Below are positions 19,949 to 29,942 of a DNA stretch of 64,000 bases, piece by piece (within the stretch, counting starts at the first letter, position 1; every line of letters starts with the position of its first letter). The translations under genes and the position numbers were made by a program. The DNA is from an uncultured Thermoplasmata archaeon (GTDB taxonomy: Archaea > Thermoplasmatota > Thermoplasmata > UBA10834), in contig CAVRDX010000004.1 of assembly GCA_963719945.1 (NCBI GenBank), positions 1 through 64,000 of the forward strand. Reading direction: 5' to 3'. The notes under the pieces were generated by a model, which saw only the letters and a list, made by a program, of their open reading frames with translations, did no database searches and had not been told where the DNA came from.

Positions 19949-20464
19949 ATGAAAGATACATTGACCGTGAAGGCGATTCTATTCGACTGGGGAGACACCA
20001 TCATGAAGGTCTTCCCAGAGTACCCGGGTCCGATGGCTCACTGGCCAAGTGTCGCGATGGTTGAAGGGGCGGACGACCTACTTCGAAAGCTCAGAGATAA
20101 TTATCTCTTGGCGCTGCTGACGAATGCGGGTGACTCGGGCTCTGGGTTGGTGGTAGATGCCCTCACGAGGGTGGATCTCCAAGTCGCGTTTGACTATGTA
20201 TTCACTGCAAAGGATCTTGGCTCGAAGAAACCTGAGGCGGCCTTCTTTCAAGCAGCTCTCGGAAGAATGGGCGTAGAGCCTGATGAAGCGGTGATGGTAG
20301 GTGACGATTTCGATAAGGACATCGTAGGTGCAAGAAAGGCGGGGCTAAGAGCGGTATGGTTCAACCCGGAGGGCAAGGAAGCGCCTCGAAGTCATGATCG
20401 AGCAGCGGATGCTGTGATAGGTCGATTGGGTGAGCTAGAGGATGCGCTTAAATCCATGCGATAG
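19949..20464 (+). CDS. HAD-superfamily hydrolase
   Basis: FDWGDT, LTN, KP, VGDDFDKDI. Confidence 0.88.
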   Translation: MKDTLTVKAILFDWGDTIMKVFPEYPGPMAHWPSVAMVEGADDLLRKLRDNYLLALLTNAGDSGSGLVVDALTRVDLQVAFDYVFTAKDLGSKKPEAAFFQAALGRMGVEPDEAVMVGDDFDKDIVGARKAGLRAVWFNPEGKEAPRSHDRAADAVIGRLGELEDALKSMR

Positions 20465-20519
20465 CTGGCATCATATGATGAAAAGGAAAAGGAAATGGTT
20501 TAGTAGTTTCTCCGAAGAC

Positions 20520-22679
20520 TCAAATGACATCCATGAGCTCTTCTATCTGACCATTGGCGTCATCCAACGCGATCCACATCAACTCGAAGGAATTCTCGAG
20601 CTGCACCAATGAGATGGCCCCCAGCTTCTCAGCCAATGAATCTATCGCCCACATAGCATCGGCCAGTGTGACAGTCTTGTCTTGTTTTACCTGCTTCAGA
20701 GCGTCGTATTCCCACCATATATCTACAGCGAGCTGAAGATGAGTCTGAAGACCCCAAGATGCGACCCGGTCACCCGTGAGCCTGTCCCTCTGGTCGAGGT
20801 AGTTTCCATAGGACATATAGTCATAGTACCATGTCATCCCGACCCAATTGAGAGTCCCAAGTCCAAGGTCACTCTCGTCGTCGGAACATGTCCAGAGCTT
20901 CTGAAGGCTCCACCAGAGATGATAGACATCATTGAGAGGCTGCTGGTAAGGATACCAATCCTGCTCCCACACACCGATTGCGACGAGGTTTCTATCCAGG
21001 GTTCCCGTGATCGACATCAACTTCTTGTTGATGTAGGAGGCCATCGACGAATCCGCTGCAGATATATCCGCCTTGAGTAGCTCGACGTTATTCGCGAATC
21101 TCGCGGCCTCGACTACCAGCTGGTCCCTGTTCCAAGTGCTCATTCCGTAATAGTCGTAAATCTCATCCAGAGCCGATACGCCCCATAGATTCTCGCCCAA
21201 TATGTGGCTGTTCAGATCCGTCGCGAGAGTGTTGAAGTTGTACGGTATGATCTCGTACGAAGCCAGCCTCACGGTCATATCGGATATCACCGCAAACAGC
21301 TGCTGAAGATATCCATAATCGATGATGTCTGGTGCATCACACTGGGTGTGGTAGTAATAAGTCTCCCAATCCTCGGATGTGGTCTCGAACTCGATTCCGG
21401 GGACCCCGGCTGCCGAGAATGTCCAATGGTCTGCCCATGTATGAGCATTGTTCACTGCGGATGCGCCGTAGGGAAGGTTCTCCTGGTTTGCGGCTAGAAC
21501 CTGCCGCACGAAGCTGTAAACCTCGGGTACGCAGTTTACATAGACCGGTTCACCGGCCATCCCCATCAGCTCCATACACAGATACGCAACGCTCTTTCCG
21601 ACCCACTCAGGATGCTCCACATTTATCTGGTAATACGCCCCCCAGCACCAGTCGAAATAGGTGTCGTCGATACCATATTCCTCTGCAGTATGAGATGTGA
21701 ATATGATCGTCCTCTCGAGCTCGACCTGGCTGTGTTTCACCACATCGGCCATGGCTTTCGCAATCACGAGCATCGCGGCAATGCCGGATGTATCGTCCAT
21801 TGCGCCCTGGAACCACGCATCATGGTGTGGGCCGAAGATGACATACTCATCATCTGGCTGACCATAGTTCTTGCCGGGGAGGAAACCCACGACGTTGTAA
21901 CCGTAGCCACCCAATTCCATCGGGATCTTGACGATGTCGCTATACATCGTCACGGTGATGCTCTCTCCTGATTCCAAACGCTCCACGATGGCGGTCGCAT
22001 TCTCCTTTGATATCGATATCAGCGGAGGCCATCCAGGAACATATAGACCATCATGACACGAAAGGGCAAAGTCGTTCTGGCCGACATTGCAGTCGATCGT
22101 TGTCACGACTATCCCTGCTGCGTCGTGCTCCCACGCAGCATATGCGATCGAATCTACCCAGAAGTCATATCCGATCCAATTGACAAGCACGATCTTGCCT
22201 TCGACGTCCTTGCCGATGTAATCGCTATCATACCCATTCCCGACCCAGACGATCTCCGAGGTTATGGATTCGTGTATCTTCTCGGTACTCTGATTGTCTG
22301 TCCCAGGGAACCCTCCAAATGAAGCAGCGGCCACCTCACCGAGATCAGGAACGTTCAGATACGCTGACCGGAACTGCCACGAATCCAACGGCACCTCTTC
22401 CTTGGCTATGTCGGAGAGGCCGATCTTGCGCATCTCCTTCGCCACGTATTCGGCCACTTCAAGGTCCGCAGGCCCACCTGCACCTCTGAAACCGAGTGGG
22501 CTGTCGCCCATGGCACATACCTTCGTGATTATGTCCTGTGCATACTTCATATCGAGGTTCGCAACAACATCTGTATTCCAATCGACCTCCTTCGGATCTG
22601 ATGCCAGCGTAGACATCGGCAACGCCAGGACCAACGCGAAGAATGTCGATACAAGCACTCTGCTGAATCTGCTCTCCAT
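20520..22679 (-). CDS. Secreted M28 metallopeptidase with PA domain
   Basis: Signal peptide; GPHHDAW, GAMDDTSG, AEEYG, ADH, YHTQCD. Confidence 0.88.
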   Translation of the reverse strand: MESRFSRVLVSTFFALVLALPMSTLASDPKEVDWNTDVVANLDMKYAQDIITKVCAMGDSPLGFRGAGGPADLEVAEYVAKEMRKIGLSDIAKEEVPLDSWQFRSAYLNVPDLGEVAAASFGGFPGTDNQSTEKIHESITSEIVWVGNGYDSDYIGKDVEGKIVLVNWIGYDFWVDSIAYAAWEHDAAGIVVTTIDCNVGQNDFALSCHDGLYVPGWPPLISISKENATAIVERLESGESITVTMYSDIVKIPMELGGYGYNVVGFLPGKNYGQPDDEYVIFGPHHDAWFQGAMDDTSGIAAMLVIAKAMADVVKHSQVELERTIIFTSHTAEEYGIDDTYFDWCWGAYYQINVEHPEWVGKSVAYLCMELMGMAGEPVYVNCVPEVYSFVRQVLAANQENLPYGASAVNNAHTWADHWTFSAAGVPGIEFETTSEDWETYYYHTQCDAPDIIDYGYLQQLFAVISDMTVRLASYEIIPYNFNTLATDLNSHILGENLWGVSALDEIYDYYGMSTWNRDQLVVEAARFANNVELLKADISAADSSMASYINKKLMSITGTLDRNLVAIGVWEQDWYPYQQPLNDVYHLWWSLQKLWTCSDDESDLGLGTLNWVGMTWYYDYMSYGNYLDQRDRLTGDRVASWGLQTHLQLAVDIWWEYDALKQVKQDKTVTLADAMWAIDSLAEKLGAISLVQLENSFELMWIALDDANGQIEELMDVI

Positions 22680-22947
22680 CTGATTATCCCCCCAAACTCC
22701 CCTCGCATATAGCAGCGGAATCTTATCCGTATAGCACTGTTGACTAAAAATCCATTCTGGGACAATAATGAATCAAATCATGAAATGCAGATTTCAACAG
22801 TCAATGTACATTATTGATGCGGAAAAGCAATATTATTCTAGATAAAGTTAGCGAAATAGCATTTTAATAAGCGCGAAGTCATACACCTGATCGGTGGGGA
22901 CTCGGTTATGCAGTGGGAGATTGAGTTCTCACGAGGGGGAACATATC

Positions 22948-24111
22948 TTGAACAAGAGGAATATCAGACTAGCTACCGCAGTGTTCCTCGCGGCCATCAT
23001 GCTGGCGCCAGGGATTATCCTGGCCAAGCAGGTCCGAGGAGAGGAAACGACATCTTGGACATATGCCCTTTTCGTGAACGGGGACAACGACCTTGAGAAG
23101 TACTGGGATGATTACAGCTTGCCCGCGCTGTTGAACATCCCTGCGAACCCGAATGTCAAGATCGTGGCGTACTTGGACAGGATGAGCACAGTAGGCACAG
23201 AAGTCATCGAGATCTCGGGTGGGACATGGAATGTCGTCGCGACATATCCTGAGATGAACTATGGTGATGGGGCAACATTCTCCTGGTTCCTATCGGATGT
23301 CAACGCGATGTATCCCTCTGACAAACTCGCGGTCAACGGTTGGGACCATGGATACGCATGGAGGTACTTCAGCAACGACCAGACATCCGTCGATAGGATA
23401 ACCATGCCGGAGATGCAGGCAGCCATAGAGAACGCCGGTGTCTACATAGACATTCTCGCGTTCGATTGCTGCAACATGGCAAGCGTGGAGGTCGTCTATC
23501 AGGCATCGCTGACCAACCTGGTCGGGATACTCGTCGGATCCGAGGAAACGATCCCAATGAACGGATTCCCATACGACCTCATGCTGACACCGCTCGCACT
23601 AGATGAATCAAGGACGCCACAGCAAGTCGCAGTGGACATGGTCGAAGGATGGGCAGCGTATTATGATCCACTCAGTTGGGCAACGACAGTGAATCTCGCT
23701 GCGATAGATGTGGCGACGATCGGTGCGGGAGCGGCGACGCTCCAGACATGGTCCAGCCTGATGCACCAGGATCTCGCGCTCTACATGAAGAACTACAAGA
23801 ACGATGTGAAGGACTCATACATCGCATGGGCGACATTGTATCACGTCGATCTTGCAGACCTTGCAGAGACCCTGATAGCCGATTCCGGCATCAAGGATGC
23901 CGCTCTGAAGACCGCTTCGGCAAACGTGGCCGCTCTGATAGACAGTGCGGTCCTCGATGTCCAGAGTGGACAGGGAGCCGAAGCTTCCAGAGGTCTGACG
24001 CTATGGTGGGGTGTAAGAAGCGATTGGACCATGTACTCGACTGCATACACAGATGTCGCGTATGCGATCGACATGGGCTGGTGGGCGTTCCTGTCCGACT
24101 ACAACACCTGA
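22948..24111 (+). CDS. Secreted clostripain-like cysteine peptidase (C11)
   Basis: Signal peptide; GDNDLE, EMNYGD, WDHG, FDCCNM, GSEE; TTG start behind GAGGGG. Confidence 0.87.
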   Translation: MNKRNIRLATAVFLAAIMLAPGIILAKQVRGEETTSWTYALFVNGDNDLEKYWDDYSLPALLNIPANPNVKIVAYLDRMSTVGTEVIEISGGTWNVVATYPEMNYGDGATFSWFLSDVNAMYPSDKLAVNGWDHGYAWRYFSNDQTSVDRITMPEMQAAIENAGVYIDILAFDCCNMASVEVVYQASLTNLVGILVGSEETIPMNGFPYDLMLTPLALDESRTPQQVAVDMVEGWAAYYDPLSWATTVNLAAIDVATIGAGAATLQTWSSLMHQDLALYMKNYKNDVKDSYIAWATLYHVDLADLAETLIADSGIKDAALKTASANVAALIDSAVLDVQSGQGAEASRGLTLWWGVRSDWTMYSTAYTDVAYAIDMGWWAFLSDYNT

Positions 24112-24131
24112 TCGGCGAGCGAGTACAAACC

Positions 24132-24164
24132 GGGGGATCAATCCCCCATTTCTTCTTTTCTTCC
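24132..24164 (+). terminator. Hairpin GGGGGA-TCAA-TCCCCC plus pyrimidine tract
   Basis: Perfect stem about 20 nt after the stop codon, followed by TTTCTTCTTTTCTT. Confidence 0.65.
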
Positions 24165-24297
24165 AAAATCAGCACGACTCCTCATTTCACCAGACGAATG
24201 GTGCACGCGCCATATTCCAGGAAGCTATTTTGTAGTGCTATCCACATTCCAGACTGAAGCCGACTAGGGGGATTTGGAGGCTTCGAGGGGGAAAATA

Positions 24298-25503
24298 ATG
24301 AGAGTACGTAGTTTTAGTCTTCTGATTAGCATTGTGCTTGCAGGGGTTTTGCTGGTGCCAGGAATCACCGTGGCGAACCAGCAGGGCAAACCAGTGGTCC
24401 CCGAAGAAACATGGACCCTTGCTCTTTACGTTGATGCGGATAACAACCTCGAGTTGTATTGGGACAATCCCAGCCTTGAGTATCTGCTCCAAATTCCAGC
24501 GAGTGATGGGCTGAAGATAGTCGCGATAGTCGATAGATTGAGCACCATTGGAACTGAGAGAATCGATATATCTGGTGATTCGTGGCAAATTGTCGAAACC
24601 TACCCAGAGATGAATTTCGGTGATGGCGAGACCTTCGGCTGGTTCCTGACCGAGGTCGATGAACACTATCAATCTGACCATCTTGTTGTGATACCGTGGG
24701 ATCATGGTAGCGCATGGAAAGGATTCTGCACCGATCAGTCATCGGGTGGAGACAGGATATCACTTGAAGAGATGGAGAACGCAATCGTTGAAGCGGGTGT
24801 ATACATCGACATCCTTGCCTTCGACGCCTGTGCTTGTTCCAGCATTGAGCTGGCATATCAGGCAGCGAGAACTGACCTAGTGGAACTCTTGGTCGCATCC
24901 GAAGAGTTGGTCGCTGGAGACGGCTTCCCATACGATCTAATGTTCACACCTGTCGCTTTGGATTCCAGCAGGACGCCGCAGCAGGTAGCGGCAGATATGT
25001 TGGCAGGCTGGAAGGAATCGTACGAGCCGATCAGCTGGGCATGGTACTGCACACTCAGCATCGTGGACTTGAAGGTCGTATCACAATCAATCACTGCAAT
25101 GTCTGCATGGGCAAACGCGATGACCGAGGGTTTGGCAGATTACGCGAGCAATTACAGAGTCGCTGTCAGAGATAGCTACTATGTGTCGTGTGGATCGCAT
25201 TATCAGGTTGATCTGATCGATCTCGGAAGACACCTGATGGCAGATCCAGTAATATCTGCAGACGCAGACATGATGGCTGCCGTGGAAGCGATGGTGGACG
25301 CGATGGAACTCGCGGTCATGGATGTCTATAATCCAGATCGGACCGCAGCGGCTGGCGGAATATCCGTCTGGTGGGGTTCGCACAATGCCGTATGGAGAAC
25401 TGATTACGGACTCTACAACACGCTCGCATTCGCACAGGACAGTGGTTGGGGAGATTTCCTCATCCTATACAATGAGATGACCTGCGGCTGGGTGGCGGCC
25501 TAG
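24298..25503 (+). CDS. Second secreted clostripain-like peptidase (C11), tandem paralog
   Basis: DADNNLE, EMNFGD, WDHG, FDACAC, ASEE; shares GVYIDILAFD and GFPYDLM with the first copy. Confidence 0.87.
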   Translation: MRVRSFSLLISIVLAGVLLVPGITVANQQGKPVVPEETWTLALYVDADNNLELYWDNPSLEYLLQIPASDGLKIVAIVDRLSTIGTERIDISGDSWQIVETYPEMNFGDGETFGWFLTEVDEHYQSDHLVVIPWDHGSAWKGFCTDQSSGGDRISLEEMENAIVEAGVYIDILAFDACACSSIELAYQAARTDLVELLVASEELVAGDGFPYDLMFTPVALDSSRTPQQVAADMLAGWKESYEPISWAWYCTLSIVDLKVVSQSITAMSAWANAMTEGLADYASNYRVAVRDSYYVSCGSHYQVDLIDLGRHLMADPVISADADMMAAVEAMVDAMELAVMDVYNPDRTAAAGGISVWWGSHNAVWRTDYGLYNTLAFAQDSGWGDFLILYNEMTCGWVAA

Positions 25504-25582
25504 GGCAATATAGAAGGGCATGCAAGGCGGACATGTTGCGCAGCGCTAGCGTGAGCAGGGTTCGTCTATGAGACCAGCATCA

Positions 25583-25978
25583 TCATTCGGTCCCACTCGA
25601 TGTCGATATGAAACGTATCGATCGAACGCCTTTGATACTACGGATCCTACGAAGGATCTCCCTCAGGACCGCATTCTGTCCGCGAGCGATGAAGACCTCC
25701 ATGCATTGACCCTTCTCGAGATGCAAGTGAAGCATCATCTGTATCTCTTCGAACCTATGTTGGAGAACTGAGAGCTCGCCTCTAGGCCCCATCTCATCAT
25801 AGACGAGGGTGATAACAATCTGGTTCTCCCCCGTCTGATTGTCCCATTCTGCTTCATCTACGAACGAACGCATCGCCTCTCGCATGGCGTCTGAACGAGA
25901 TCTGAACCCTTTGACTCCAGATATCTGGTCGAATTTCTCAATGAGGCCATCATCAACGGACATGCTGATAATTGTCAT
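25583..25978 (-). CDS. nikR: NikR-like ribbon-helix-helix regulator
   Basis: IISMSVD...SRSDAMR RHH domain; QH...HLHL...CMEV metal-site pattern. Confidence 0.8.
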   Translation of the reverse strand: MTIISMSVDDGLIEKFDQISGVKGFRSRSDAMREAMRSFVDEAEWDNQTGENQIVITLVYDEMGPRGELSVLQHRFEEIQMMLHLHLEKGQCMEVFIARGQNAVLREILRRIRSIKGVRSIRFISTSSGTE

Positions 25979-26061
25979 GCGACTACCGATACTGGATCGC
26001 CGACTGCCTATATGGGCTTTATTAAGAACCACCCCTCAAATTAATACGACCTGAGTGATGA

Positions 26062-26730
26062 TCAAAACCTACTCAATTTGCGTAGCAGGTCCTCAGGGTT
26101 GGTAACGAGGGCGCGTGTCACCTCATCTGACCTCAATCCTGCCCCAAGCGCAACCTTCGTGGCGAATTCCATCGAGCTAAGATCACTTGGAGAGTGAGTA
26201 TCGGTATTGACCAAGAGCTTGGCTTTGGTCGTCCTCGCCGAAGCGACCACATGCCCGTTTGTGAGAGAGTGTCCCCGCCTGCATGTCACTTCGATGAATA
26301 TGCCGTTCTTGGCAGCCAGCTCCATATCGTCAAGGGAGATCATCCCAGGATGGGCGAGAATGTCCACCTCGGGGTTGAGTACGGCCACATGGTTCGTCCC
26401 AGGTTCAACTGGTTCGACAGGCGTCTCCCCGTGAACGACGATTATTTCCGCGCCTGCCTTGCGCGAACGACGGATGGCATCGTCGAGGTATCTAACGGGC
26501 ACATGAGTCAGTTCGACCCCAGGTATGGCTTGAATGCCCCAGGCATCTGCCTTTTCGCAATCCCTTGCAACGCTCTCGATCGTAGCCTCGATATTTGAGA
26601 AGGATGCGTGATCAGTCAACGCGATGGCTCGGTGTTCCGCGGCAGCGGCTCGGCGTATCAATTCCATCGGAAGTAGTTCGCCGTCACTCAATATCGTGTG
26701 CGTGTGAAAATCACAGCGTTTTTCATTCAT
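26062..26730 (-). CDS. PHP-domain hydrolase, putative histidinol-phosphate phosphatase
   Basis: HTHT, TDH, GVELTH, HPG, TDTH; 4-bp overlap with hisIE. Confidence 0.8.
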   Translation of the reverse strand: MNEKRCDFHTHTILSDGELLPMELIRRAAAAEHRAIALTDHASFSNIEATIESVARDCEKADAWGIQAIPGVELTHVPVRYLDDAIRRSRKAGAEIIVVHGETPVEPVEPGTNHVAVLNPEVDILAHPGMISLDDMELAAKNGIFIEVTCRRGHSLTNGHVVASARTTKAKLLVNTDTHSPSDLSSMEFATKVALGAGLRSDEVTRALVTNPEDLLRKLSRF

Positions 26731-27320
26731 TTTCTCCTCTCCCCGAGCTCCTTCTTGATATCGTCCAGAGTGATACCTTCGTCATAGAGCAGAACCATCA
26801 GATGATAGATGAGATCAGCGGCCTCGTACACGACTTCACCTTTCTGCTTGTCCTTGGCTGCGATGATGACCTCCGAACTCTCCTCCCCGATCTTCTTCAG
26901 CAGCAGATTCCTGTTCTTCAGCAGTTTGCAGGTGTATGATGACTCACAGCCGATCGTCTTTCGCTCCTCGAACACCTGCCATAGTTGGGAGAAGATATCG
27001 TTCTGCGACAACGGTTCCTTGCTGAAGCATGAATATGTCCCTGTGTGACATGCGACTCCAGTCTGCTCCACCCGGGCGAGCATGGCGTCGTTGTCGCAAT
27101 CCATCAGCAGCTCGATTACCTTCTGGACGTTGCCGGAGGTCTCTCCCTTCTTCCAGATCGCGTTCCTGGATCTGCTCCAGTAATGCATGAATCCAGTTTT
27201 TCGGGTAAGCTCCATGGCCTCGTCGTTCATGTATGCCAACATCAAGACATTGTTATTGCGTATATCCTGAACCACGACCGGAATCAGGTCACCTTTCTTA
27301 TCCTCGCTCAAGAGCCCCAC
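26727..27320 (-). CDS. hisIE: Bifunctional PRA-CH/PRA-PH
   Basis: WSRSR...[18 protein letters not shown]...[16 protein letters not shown]. Confidence 0.96.
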   Translation of the reverse strand: MGLLSEDKKGDLIPVVVQDIRNNNVLMLAYMNDEAMELTRKTGFMHYWSRSRNAIWKKGETSGNVQKVIELLMDCDNDAMLARVEQTGVACHTGTYSCFSKEPLSQNDIFSQLWQVFEERKTIGCESSYTCKLLKNRNLLLKKIGEESSEVIIAAKDKQKGEVVYEAADLIYHLMVLLYDEGITLDDIKKELGERRK

Positions 27321-28066
27321 CTCACTGGGACGCCTTCAGACTCCAAGGCGCGTTTGACCTCTGCGACAGTGTGTTGACCGAAGTGGAAGATGGATGCCGC
27401 CAGGGCCGCATCTGCTTCTCCTGCAGTCAGTACCTCGACTATGTGCTCTATCGTGCCACAACCACCGGATGCGATGACGGGCACATTAACCGCCCTCACA
27501 ACCGCTTTGGTGAGCTCGATATCATAACCTTTCTTTGTGCCATCAGAATCCATACTTGTCAGCAATATCTCGCCGGCACCGCGCTCGCAAGCTTCCTTCG
27601 CCCATTCGATAGCGTCCAGGCCAGTGGCCATTGTTCCTGAGTGCGTGTAAACCTCCCAAGAGTCGCTCACCCTCTTGGCATCCAATGCCAGCACAATGCA
27701 TTGGCTTCCGAATGACGCGGCGCACTTGTTGATGAGAGAAGGATCGATGACCGCCGCTGAATTGATCGATGTCTTGTCGGCGCCTACTTCAAGAGTCTTC
27801 CTGACATCGCCGAACGACCGTATCCCGCCCCCAACGGTCAGAGGGACGAACAGTTGCTCCGCAGTCTTTCTCACGGCATCATGAAGTGTCTTCGTACCAG
27901 ACACCGAGGCGTTGACATCCAGGAATACGATCTCGTCGGCCCCCTGAAGTTGATATTCAACTGCGAGTGTGGGAGGGTCGCCGACCTCCTTGAGGTTCTT
28001 GAAACATACACCCTTGACAACAGCTCCGTTCCGGACATCCAGACAGGGGATTATCCTCTTGGTCAA
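27308..28066 (-). CDS. hisF: Imidazole glycerol phosphate synthase cyclase subunit
   Basis: [30 protein letters not shown]. Confidence 0.97.
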   Translation of the reverse strand: MTKRIIPCLDVRNGAVVKGVCFKNLKEVGDPPTLAVEYQLQGADEIVFLDVNASVSGTKTLHDAVRKTAEQLFVPLTVGGGIRSFGDVRKTLEVGADKTSINSAAVIDPSLINKCAASFGSQCIVLALDAKRVSDSWEVYTHSGTMATGLDAIEWAKEACERGAGEILLTSMDSDGTKKGYDIELTKAVVRAVNVPVIASGGCGTIEHIVEVLTAGEADAALAASIFHFGQHTVAEVKRALESEGVPVRWGS

Positions 28067-28075
28067 CGTCGTGCC

Positions 28076-28639
28076 TCATTCCTCCCAAACGACGGATGAC
28101 TTGGTTGACTGGATAGACGATACGGGGATCATCGCGGCTCTCATCGCAATTCCCAAAGCCTTGAAGGTCGCCTCGATTATGTGATGATCATCCTTTCCTC
28201 TGATGACGACAGAATGAATCGTCGCCCGGAGTTCCATCGCGAAAGAGCGGATGAAGTGTTCGTACATGATATCGGGCATCTCCAAGTGCACGTATGGTCT
28301 ATCGATCAGATCGACCGAGACCTGAACCAGCGCCTCATCCATCGGAACCGTTGAGCTGGCTATGCGCTTCACCGCCCCTTCGCCAAGGGCCTTCCGATAT
28401 GATTTCCCGAGAGTGATGGCCACATCCTCCACAAGGTGGTGCTCCATATCACCCTCAGCGGTCAAGTCCAGGTCGACGCCTGAATACTTGGACAAGGTCT
28501 CCACCATGTGTCGCAAGAATTCATCAGGAATTACGCATTTGCAGTCTCCTGAACCATCTATGTTGAGCTTTACGAGGATCGTGGTCTCCCTTGTCTTTCG
28601 GGATAGCTCCGCAGTCCTCGGCGTCTCCTCCTTCGTCAC
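28076..28639 (-). CDS. hisB: Imidazoleglycerol-phosphate dehydratase
   Basis: RKTRET, HHLVED, PMDEAL, DHHIIEA; GTG start overlapping the hisA stop. Confidence 0.95.
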   Translation of the reverse strand: MTKEETPRTAELSRKTRETTILVKLNIDGSGDCKCVIPDEFLRHMVETLSKYSGVDLDLTAEGDMEHHLVEDVAITLGKSYRKALGEGAVKRIASSTVPMDEALVQVSVDLIDRPYVHLEMPDIMYEHFIRSFAMELRATIHSVVIRGKDDHHIIEATFKALGIAMRAAMIPVSSIQSTKSSVVWEE

Positions 28640-29346
28640 CTGAACTCCCTCACAACTTTCTTGAAATCGATAGTGCCGGTGTATATGGACATACCCAGGA
28701 CCACGGAGTCGACGCCCATGTTCCGGAGGGTGTCCAGATCGTTCCTGGTCGTGATGCCACCCGACACGATGACATGTTTCTTCGTCGCTTCTATCAGGCT
28801 CTTGATTGGGAGCGGGTCTATGCCCTGGAGCTTCCCCTCTACATCCACATTGGTATAGAGGAATCCCCAGAATGGCAAATCCTCGAGGTCCTTCGCAACA
28901 TCGTGCATGACCTTTCCGGAACCCTCCTGCCAACCCCTGACAAGAATCTCTTTAGATGAGGAATCCAACGCTACCACGATTCCATCAGTGTATTTGTTAG
29001 CCAGGCGTTCCACGAACTGCCGGTCTTCGACCGCCCTTGTCCCGACGATCACGCGCTCGCACCCGATCTCGAAAAGCCGGTGCACCTTGTCCTCGGTCCT
29101 TATGCCTCCACCGACTTGGACAGGGATTGCGAGGTCCGCGATTATCATCTCGATCAGGCTCTCGTTGTTGCCAGTCCCAAGTGCAGAATCCAGGTCGATC
29201 ACATGGAGCATCTCGGCACCCTGTTCCTGCCACTTCCTCGCGACGCCGACGACGTCATCGATGGTCACCCTCTCGGTACCTGGCTTTCCACCTACCAGCT
29301 GCACGCATTTGCCACCCTTGATGTCCACCGCAGGCACTATTATCAT
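28636..29346 (-). CDS. hisA: ProFAR isomerase
   Basis: PAVDIKGGKCVQL, HVIDLD, QVGGGIR, SGG. Confidence 0.96.
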   Translation of the reverse strand: MIIVPAVDIKGGKCVQLVGGKPGTERVTIDDVVGVARKWQEQGAEMLHVIDLDSALGTGNNESLIEMIIADLAIPVQVGGGIRTEDKVHRLFEIGCERVIVGTRAVEDRQFVERLANKYTDGIVVALDSSSKEILVRGWQEGSGKVMHDVAKDLEDLPFWGFLYTNVDVEGKLQGIDPLPIKSLIEATKKHVIVSGGITTRNDLDTLRNMGVDSVVLGMSIYTGTIDFKKVVREFR

Positions 29347-29942
29347 ACTGATTCCTCCGCAATCCTGACGAAATTAGAGAGCAATTTCAGACCTATCGAT
29401 CCGCTCTTCTCAGGATGGAACTGCACTCCATATACCGTCCCCTGCCTGACCGCGGATACGAATGTCTCACCGTAGTGCGTCTCTGATATTCCGATTTTTT
29501 CCATCGGATGACAGACAAAGGAGTTCGCATAGTAAAATTTACTTCCCTGAGGAACGCCATCGAAGAGGGGGTCATCCGAGTGCAGAACATCGTTCCAGCC
29601 CATGTGAGGTATTCTCCCACTCTTCAATCTCCTAACATCTCCCTTGAGGATGGAGAGACCTGAACCAGCGGACTCGTCGCTACTATCGAACAGGATCTGC
29701 ATCCCGAGACACACACCCAGTGCAGGGGTTCCTGACAATATGGCACCTCTCAACTCGTCGCTAACTGAACGGAGTTGCTCCATTGCGGCACCGAACGCGC
29801 CGACTCCCGGGAACACTATGCATTCCGCTTCAGCAAGTTTGGAGAATTCGCGAACCACTTCTACTCTCGCGCCACTCCTCTCAATCCCTTTGGAGATGCT
29901 GTGAAGGTTACCCACGCCATAATCCACTACACTGACCCTCAT
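29343..29942 (-). CDS. hisH: IGP synthase glutaminase subunit
   Basis: DYGVGN, PGVGAF, GVCLGMQ, PHMGWN, QFHPEKS. Confidence 0.97.
   Translation of the reverse strand: MRVSVVDYGVGNLHSISKGIERSGARVEVVREFSKLAEAECIVFPGVGAFGAAMEQLRSVSDELRGAILSGTPALGVCLGMQILFDSSDESAGSGLSILKGDVRRLKSGRIPHMGWNDVLHSDDPLFDGVPQGSKFYYANSFVCHPMEKIGISETHYGETFVSAVRQGTVYGVQFHPEKSGSIGLKLLSNFVRIAEESV

Noticed and set aside
28640-28933. 98-aa N-terminal extension of HisB in the ORF track
   Set aside because: Overlaps hisA in another frame; the real start is the GTG at the hisA stop.
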